A stretch of 24,930 nucleotides of DNA, from NCBI GenBank assembly GCA_031255355.1, contig JAIRSR010000077.1, positions 1-24,930 on the forward strand. Reading direction: 5' to 3'. The notes under the pieces are model-generated. The model saw nothing but the letters and a program-made list of their open reading frames with translations, made no database searches and was not told where the DNA came from. Below are positions 9,441-16,003 of this stretch, in pieces. Origin of the DNA: Clostridiales bacterium (GTDB taxonomy: Bacteria > Bacillota > Clostridia > Monoglobales > Firm-18). The position numbers were made by a program, and so were the translations under genes. Within the stretch, counting starts at the first letter, position 1. The number at the start of each line of letters is the position of its first letter.

Positions 9441-12210
9441 GCGCACCTCCTTTCAAGCCCGAAAGATAAATCATCTTGGCGGTTTCGGCGCGTGTCGCCG
9501 TTTCGTTCGGCGCGAACGCGCCGTTTCCCCGCCCGGAAACGATCCCCGCGAGTTGCAGTTGCGTCACCGAATCGAACGCCCACTCCGCAATATCGCCGTA
9601 ATCACTGAACCATGCCGTTGTTTCGGTAATCGGCAAGGAAAGCCCCTTGTTCCCCAACGCGCGTACCACAAGAACGGCAATCTCCTGCCGCGTGATTTCA
9701 CGCTCGGGGTGAAAACGGTTCGCGCCGTCGCCGTAGACGATTCCCGCTTCCACACCCGCCTTGACGTAGCCGTAATACCACGCCGCAACGGAAACGTCCT
9801 CAAATAGCAGCGGTTCGGATTCCCGTTCTGTTTCCGGCGCACCCTCGCCGAACGCGGTCAGAACGATTTTCAAAAATTCCGCGCGGGTAATCGCGCCGTC
9901 GGGACGGAACAAGCCGTCCTCATAGCCGCCCACCGCGCCAAGCGCGGTCAGATAGCGGGTCGCCTCGTAACTCCAATGGTCGATCGGGACATCATTGTAA
10001 AGCAGTGTTTTGCCCACCGCCGTACCGTCTGACGGCACAACCGGCGCGGGGGGCGGGGGGTCTAAGGTAAAGCCGCCTCCCCCTCCTCCGCCGCCGCCTT
10101 TTCCTCCTGTGGAGGACGGCTTGACCGGGGGTGTTTCCGGCGTGAAGCCGTCAATAAAGTCCTTGAGATCCTCTATGGTTTGCAGGGTATCCTTTTGTTG
10201 CAGCAACCCTGTATAAAACGCGCGGTTGCCGGCGGTATCCAAGTGTAAGGCGGAAAGCCGCGCCGCGTCATACCCGATCACGCCGCTGAAATCCGTCGTG
10301 ATTTGCCGCATATACTGATAGGTGTCACAGATGCCGAACGCGGTCAGCAGCAACGCCTCATCAAAGCGTTTCGCCACGTCCGCAACGTTTTTGAACTGAA
10401 CGTTTGTCAAACGCGACAGCACCGCCGCTTCCCGCCCGTCATAGTACTGCCCGCCCAGCGTCAAGCCGAACACGGCGTTATGTTCCCGCAACGCCGCCAG
10501 CACCTCCTCCGGCGCGGATAAGCCGTTCAAGCCGCCGACCGCGATTTCGTCCGCGAGGACGCGCTCCAAATACCGCAAATCCTCAAGCCCCGCGCAGGAG
10601 AACGCGGGATAGGTAGCAACACGCTCCAAATAATCCGCGTAAGCGGCGGGGTTCGTCTGTTTCAACGCCGCCGCCGGGGATGCGTCGATTATATCGATCC
10701 GTTGCAGGCTCAAATCGCCGCTTCCCGTGATGATTCCGTCCATCGCGGCAAAATCCTTGGCGGCGACGGCGGCGTTGAGCGCGTCGGTAATCAGCCGCTT
10801 TTGCGCGAAATACCGCGCCGTTTCGCCGCGTTCCGCCGCGTAGGTGTACTCACTGACGACCCGCGCCTTAACCGTAAGCGTTTCCGCGCCGCGTGACGCG
10901 GTAATTTGCGTATCGCCCTCACGGATTCCGTACAACGCGCCGCCGCGCATTTCCGCGACGTCCGGTCGCCGTACGCTCCACGCTATGCCTGTTTCGAGCG
11001 CACCGCCGATTCGCGCCCGCAACGCCAACGGATTCCGCAAAAACGCGATAATTTCCCCCGCCGGCGCGGACGCGCCCGAACGCTCCTTGCCGTACACGTG
11101 GATAAAATCCACTTGCAGGTGGTCGTCGTTCACGGACGAACGGTTTACGCCGAGTTGCAGCAGCATATCGTCCGTGCCGCGCCGCATCAGCCCGCCCGCG
11201 TCAGTCAACGTCAATACCGCGCTCATGGCGGCGTTTCCGCTGTTGCGCACGTCCGCTTTTACGGTGTTTTCCGCCCTGTCCAGCGTGATTTCCATATCAT
11301 ACCAAGCGGTATAGGCAAAATTATCATTGCCGTTGACATAATCCACCGTTGCGCCGTCCACTACCTTGCGGATATACGGACGGTAGGACATCGGCTGCGG
11401 GAACAGCGTATCGCCGTTCCCGAGGATTCCCGCCTCGTAATACGTCCTCTCGTCCTCGCTGACGCAAAAACGCACCGACGCGCGAACACCGTTATACCGC
11501 GCGAATTTCATCGTAACGCGGCTGAGGTCGCGCTCTGACGCGGCGGGGACGTGCAAATTCACAAAGCCGTCATGCGTTCCGCTCTGTTCCGCGACTTGCA
11601 TGGTCGCGTCCGTGCGAATGTACAGCATCACACCTCTGTGCGGGTTGTTGATGTAGCCGACCGATACATCAGAACGCTGCCAATAGCCCTCGCCGTTCGC
11701 CGCGACTACCGTACCGCCGTCCCCGGGTAAATCGTCCCCGCGTACCGCGTTCGCCCTGTCGTAGCGGGAATTCGCGGCATTGTACGTCGTGAACGCGTCA
11801 CTGAACACACGCGTTTCGGCGGCGGAAGCGGTGTTCTCGTACCGCGCGTCTATCCGCGTAAAGACCGAAACCGCCGCCGCGTCCACCTCTTGCGGGAACA
11901 CAATGCCGGAATACGCCGCGTCCGCGTCTTGGTTCAAAAACAGCCCGCCCGCGTCAAAAAAAGCGGAAACTGTTTGCGGCTCCGCGCCCGTAAACTCCAG
12001 CGTTACGGTACGCCCCGCCAACGGCGGGTAAGCAACCAAAGCGACTGCCGTTGGCGTTTCAAAGGTAACGGTGCTTCCCACGGCAAAAACAGCGGTTTCT
12101 TGATACATAGCGGAATTTTCCGCCGACGCGTACGCCCCGCCGTGAGCGGCGCATAGGGCAAGCGCGGCAAACAACGCCAAAATCCTGCTTTTTTGTATCT
12201 TTAACATCAT
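9430..12210 (-). CDS. Secreted multidomain SLH protein, 926 aa, no recognisable catalytic motif; candidate scaffold or glycan binder (P4)
   Basis: GGAGG RBS and signal peptide. Domains: ~240-aa beta-rich domain shared with P1 (11089-11808); Ig-like domain (IAWSVRRPDVAEM..GDTQITAS); alpha-helical repeat region (about 10147-10812); Pro/Gly linker (TPETPPVKP..GGKGGGGGGGG..PPPP); three canonical SLH repeats (TRAE, TRQE, TRAE). Confidence 0.85.
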   Translation of the reverse strand: MMLKIQKSRILALFAALALCAAHGGAYASAENSAMYQETAVFAVGSTVTFETPTAVALVAYPPLAGRTVTLEFTGAEPQTVSAFFDAGGLFLNQDADAAYSGIVFPQEVDAAAVSVFTRIDARYENTASAAETRVFSDAFTTYNAANSRYDRANAVRGDDLPGDGGTVVAANGEGYWQRSDVSVGYINNPHRGVMLYIRTDATMQVAEQSGTHDGFVNLHVPAASERDLSRVTMKFARYNGVRASVRFCVSEDERTYYEAGILGNGDTLFPQPMSYRPYIRKVVDGATVDYVNGNDNFAYTAWYDMEITLDRAENTVKADVRNSGNAAMSAVLTLTDAGGLMRRGTDDMLLQLGVNRSSVNDDHLQVDFIHVYGKERSGASAPAGEIIAFLRNPLALRARIGGALETGIAWSVRRPDVAEMRGGALYGIREGDTQITASRGAETLTVKARVVSEYTYAAERGETARYFAQKRLITDALNAAVAAKDFAAMDGIITGSGDLSLQRIDIIDASPAAALKQTNPAAYADYLERVATYPAFSCAGLEDLRYLERVLADEIAVGGLNGLSAPEEVLAALREHNAVFGLTLGGQYYDGREAAVLSRLTNVQFKNVADVAKRFDEALLLTAFGICDTYQYMRQITTDFSGVIGYDAARLSALHLDTAGNRAFYTGLLQQKDTLQTIEDLKDFIDGFTPETPPVKPSSTGGKGGGGGGGGGFTLDPPPPAPVVPSDGTAVGKTLLYNDVPIDHWSYEATRYLTALGAVGGYEDGLFRPDGAITRAEFLKIVLTAFGEGAPETERESEPLLFEDVSVAAWYYGYVKAGVEAGIVYGDGANRFHPEREITRQEIAVLVVRALGNKGLSLPITETTAWFSDYGDIAEWAFDSVTQLQLAGIVSGRGNGAFAPNETATRAETAKMIYLSGLKGGAPRV

Positions 12211-13364
12211 CGCGATTCCTCCGTTTCCGCGTTTCGGGGTAACAGCCCTGTGAAGAAACGCGCGGCATTTGTAAATACAAACGTCTTGACTTCCGGCGCG
12301 TTTACGTAAAAGGGTACGGTGACTTTCGGGGTCGAAACGGTCAGAGTACTCCCGGGCGCAACGCTTGCCGTCCCCGTGTACAGGCGCGATAGCCGCCCGC
12401 CGTCCGACAACGCCGCCGCCAAAAGGATTTCCGCCGCAGTATCGGTGTGATTCGTAACGTCTACGGAGTAAACGCCGTCCCGCTCGACCGCCGTGGAAAT
12501 ATCAATCCCGCCGTAGGGACGGAACGTAACGCCGAACGTACAACGCGCACCGAAAAAGTCCGCTTCCAGCGTAACCGTGCCGACAGACGCGCCGAGGTAG
12601 ACCAAATTGCCGTCCTCGATCCGTCCGTCACCCGCCGTCACGCGGTAACGCACCAAATCCGCCGCCTCAATCACTTCCCTCACGCCGTCCGAATCGATCC
12701 CCACGGGACGCGCCGCGCCAAGCGGCATAACGGCGCCGCGCCAATCCCCGCCCTTTATGTCAAGGCCGACGGGTGCTGAATGAATGGATAAATCGTCAAT
12801 ATAAATTTTATCATAAGTGTTATCCGACGCGCTCTGACGATTGATGTTAATCATGAAATCGACAAAATTATGCGCGTCATACCGCGCGAACGGAAACGAA
12901 CCGTACACCTTGTACCAGCCCCCGCCCGCCGCTTCCGCGCGAAAGGAAGCGTCCGCCGCCGCGTCGCCGCCCGAACCGCCGCGCATGACCACCAACGGCG
13001 CGACGCGGTCAGACATTCCTCCGTACACACCCTTGATATAGTACGAAAAGTATAACGCCCTACGGCGAATCGTATCGGTAATCACGCCGGACGGCACCGA
13101 ATAGGACAGCGCGGAAAGTCCCGTGCCGCTCCTGTAACTGATTTCCAGGGAACGCTTGCCGCTGTAACGCTCCGCTTCGGTATGCGCGGCGGCAAAGCCC
13201 GCGTCGTTGTGAAAATAATAATTATGGGTGCGGTCACTTTCCATATTCGCGGCGCCGTATTGACTGACGACCGCGCCGTACAGCCTGCGCTCATACGCCG
13301 CCCCCGCGCGGGGAAACAGCAAAATCACCACGGCAAGCGCGGTAAAAACGCGCGTTCGTGTCAC
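12207..13364 (-). CDS. Secreted non-catalytic protein: CBM4/9-like beta-sandwich, Ig-like domain and shared C-terminal domain (P3)
   Basis: Likely GTG start at 13364, 8 nt after AAGGAG (the ORF track uses 13373). Signal peptide ending RAGA-AY. CBM-like pattern YSGKRSLEI..FSYYIKG..GWYKV..IYIDDLSI. No SLH. Confidence 0.75.
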   Translation of the reverse strand: MTRTRVFTALAVVILLFPRAGAAYERRLYGAVVSQYGAANMESDRTHNYYFHNDAGFAAAHTEAERYSGKRSLEISYRSGTGLSALSYSVPSGVITDTIRRRALYFSYYIKGVYGGMSDRVAPLVVMRGGSGGDAAADASFRAEAAGGGWYKVYGSFPFARYDAHNFVDFMININRQSASDNTYDKIYIDDLSIHSAPVGLDIKGGDWRGAVMPLGAARPVGIDSDGVREVIEAADLVRYRVTAGDGRIEDGNLVYLGASVGTVTLEADFFGARCTFGVTFRPYGGIDISTAVERDGVYSVDVTNHTDTAAEILLAAALSDGGRLSRLYTGTASVAPGSTLTVSTPKVTVPFYVNAPEVKTFVFTNAARFFTGLLPRNAETEESR

Positions 13365-13369
13365 GCCGA

Positions 13370-15973
13370 TCACTCCTTTATTAAATATACGTCGGTCAGC
13401 GGACGGAGGGAATTGTCCTCCAAGATCAACGCCCGCGCCAACGCCGCGCCGATTACCGTCGGCGTTCGTACCAAGGGGGAAATTTCCCCGCCCGCCGCAA
13501 CGCCCTCCGCTTCACTTACCGCAACGGCGGTGAGGTTGCCCGCGCCGTCATAAAACGCCAAATACACTTGTACGGAAGCAATCGCCGCGTCCCCGAGGTT
13601 TTGTAAGCCGATAGCCGCCGTCCGCTCCTCCGTCAGCATCCCTAAGGTCAGCCGCGCCCCGTCCTCCGTCCGCAAAGGCGCAATCACGCGCACGGCTTCC
13701 CCCGGTTTGACAAAATCAAGTTCCGTTTCAAACACATCATGCTCCGTTGTGATGCGCAAACGGTACGCGCCCGATACCGCGTCACGCGGGAAAAGCAGTT
13801 CATACCGCTGTGCCGCGCCGAATTTGGTTCCCGCCCCGGCGTAGCGGAGTTCTCCGTCAGCCGCGCTTGTCAGCGTCACGCCAAAGCGTTCGCCGTCCCG
13901 CGTCCGCGCGTCGTTCCAATAGATATGGAACGCCGTTTCATAATCGCCGTTCGGTTGCGAGAGCGGTTCCAACCGCGTCACCGCGCCGCTCGCCCGATAG
14001 TCCAGCCGCACCGTCTTTTGCGCCGCGCCCGCGCCGACGCGCAGGAAATATTCGCCGTTCGGCAACCCGGGCGGCAGCAACGCCTCAAAATAGCCCCTGT
14101 TCCGCGCGATTCCGTCCGCTTGCGCCATGTAAATCACGCCGTCCGGCGTAAGTTCGGGCGATGCGGGATCGGACGCGAACAATACGGCGGTCAGTTCTGA
14201 AACGCCGTTTAACGCGCCGTTTTCAAACAGGGAAAATTCCACCCGCACCCGCTCCGCCGTCACAACCGGCGCGGTATAGGTATCGGCGGGTACGCCGTTC
14301 ACCCGCAGGGAAACCGCGTCATTCGCGGTGTATTGCCGCTCCGTCGGCACAAGGTAATATGCCGTGATGGTCTTTGCGCCGATTGTCTGTGCGGGAACGT
14401 CCGCCGCGTGGATTCGCTCTGCCTTTGCGACCATCGCGTCAGGCGCGGTAATGTCGGTCAGCGGGCCGTTATCCGAGGCGTCGCTTGCTGCGGTGAGGGT
14501 CACGCGTTTTTCCAGTTTATAGTTGTTTTGCGTGGAAAAATCCAACGTATGCGCGGCGTTGGAGGCGTTTACGGCAAGGAGGTTCAACCCGCCCTCCGCT
14601 GTCGTATGCGCCGATACCGTCAAGGTATGCGCCGTGGTTCTCATGTTGTCGCCCGTGACCCGCACCGAATCCACCCCGAACGCGTCAGACGCTAATTTGA
14701 AAAACTCACCCACGCCGGAAAGCGCGAAGCCGAAATCGGGGAACGCCCGCATCAAGCCCCACACCCCGCCGCCGAACGCGTCAGCCGCCGAGGGATAGTC
14801 CATTGTCGTGTGATACACCGCAATCGGCGCGTCAGGGGACTTAATCAAGCGGTTCACCATGTCCGCCGTGGATAGCGTCCCCGCGCGGCCTGTCGCGATG
14901 GTGCGCGAGGCGGTGTTGTAATGTTCCACCCCGCCGAACACCGCGTGTTCCGACAAAAACGGCGCGGGCATCTTTTCTGCGGGAAGTCCGTCCGTACAAA
15001 TGCCGTATCCGTCCCATGTCCAACGGCTGTCCGCATTGAAATACCGATACATACTGCCTGTGTTGTGATAATAGCAATGCACAACGATATAATCCAGCCT
15101 GTCGCTCAATTCCTTTAACAGCAGGTTGATTTTCGTGTTAAACACCGAATATTTTGTTTGGGACTCATGCGGCGTAGTGCAGGACTGCACCGCCAGCGGC
15201 ACGTTCGGGTTGACTTCCCGCAATGCGGGGACGATCGCGCGGCACCACGCGGCGTACATGTCCCCCGCTTCGCCGTAAATCCGATCGTAAATCGCCTGTT
15301 TCTGCGCCGAAGTCCGCGCCGCCGCGAGTTCCGCCCGCACCGCGTCCGTTTCCAATATTTGATTGAAATAAAACCAATCCGTTTCGTTGCCCAACTCTAA
15401 CGCCGCCAAGTTGACCGGCTCCGCAATGCCCGCCTCTACGCGGCGGGAAGCCCAGTTCACGCCGTCCGCGCCAATCGCGGCGGGGTCGCTCGGCATCAAA
15501 GTCAAAAACCGTACCAAATCACGCAAATTGTCCAAATCGTCCTCCACCCGAATGGTAAAGGCAAAGGCGGCGTTCGGCGTGAGGTTCGCGCGGGCGCGAA
15601 TCCATTCCGCAAGCCCGAATGTGTACACCTGCGAAAAATCGTTCACCCCGCGCGATTCCAACGCGCCGACGGTTTCTTTCCAATTAAGGGTGTGCAAAAA
15701 GGCGCGGGCAATCGGGAAGCCGACGCCTGTTTTTTGAAACGCCTCCGCGAAGTCGTTTCGTACCGCCGCGGACGAACCGTTTGCCGCAGAGCCGAAAAAG
15801 CCTATATCGTCATTCAAACCCAGTACCCTTCGGTCTGACGGACGAAGCGCGGCGTTTTCCTCTACCGTAATCGTATATGCCGCCGAAGCCGCGCGGGGAA
15901 GCGAAACGCAAGCGATACTCGCGGCAATCAACGCTACGGCGGTGCGCCGCGCGGTGTGGTTCACCCTCCTCAT
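13370..15973 (-). CDS. Secreted clan GH-A glycoside hydrolase, GH51-like and divergent, with two Ig-like domains and the shared C-terminal domain; no SLH (P2)
   Basis: AAAGGAGGT RBS and signal peptide. Motifs W..RR..AG..EP, LELGNE, DYIVVHCYY, FLSEH. Paralogue of P5. Confidence 0.8.
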   Translation of the reverse strand: MRRVNHTARRTAVALIAASIACVSLPRAASAAYTITVEENAALRPSDRRVLGLNDDIGFFGSAANGSSAAVRNDFAEAFQKTGVGFPIARAFLHTLNWKETVGALESRGVNDFSQVYTFGLAEWIRARANLTPNAAFAFTIRVEDDLDNLRDLVRFLTLMPSDPAAIGADGVNWASRRVEAGIAEPVNLAALELGNETDWFYFNQILETDAVRAELAAARTSAQKQAIYDRIYGEAGDMYAAWCRAIVPALREVNPNVPLAVQSCTTPHESQTKYSVFNTKINLLLKELSDRLDYIVVHCYYHNTGSMYRYFNADSRWTWDGYGICTDGLPAEKMPAPFLSEHAVFGGVEHYNTASRTIATGRAGTLSTADMVNRLIKSPDAPIAVYHTTMDYPSAADAFGGGVWGLMRAFPDFGFALSGVGEFFKLASDAFGVDSVRVTGDNMRTTAHTLTVSAHTTAEGGLNLLAVNASNAAHTLDFSTQNNYKLEKRVTLTAASDASDNGPLTDITAPDAMVAKAERIHAADVPAQTIGAKTITAYYLVPTERQYTANDAVSLRVNGVPADTYTAPVVTAERVRVEFSLFENGALNGVSELTAVLFASDPASPELTPDGVIYMAQADGIARNRGYFEALLPPGLPNGEYFLRVGAGAAQKTVRLDYRASGAVTRLEPLSQPNGDYETAFHIYWNDARTRDGERFGVTLTSAADGELRYAGAGTKFGAAQRYELLFPRDAVSGAYRLRITTEHDVFETELDFVKPGEAVRVIAPLRTEDGARLTLGMLTEERTAAIGLQNLGDAAIASVQVYLAFYDGAGNLTAVAVSEAEGVAAGGEISPLVRTPTVIGAALARALILEDNSLRPLTDVYLIKE

Positions 15974-16003
15974 GTGCTTCTACCTCCTTTCGCGCGGACG
16001 CGC

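Noticed and set aside
10048-10060. G6-C-G6 tract just before the SLH repeats of P4, as a phase-variable anchor-release switch or G-quadruplex
   Set aside because: It is explained by the poly-Pro linker codons, and six-base runs are short for contingency loci in GC-rich DNA.
7100-15973. Twin-arginine (Tat) signals in P6 (KRRF), P5 (NRRY) and P2 (ARRT)
   Set aside because: None matches S/T-R-R-x-F-L-K; they look like ordinary basic Sec n-regions.
15991-16003. GCGC-GGAC-GCGC mini-hairpin between P1 and P2
   Set aside because: A 4-bp stem with no U-tract is expected by chance at this GC content.
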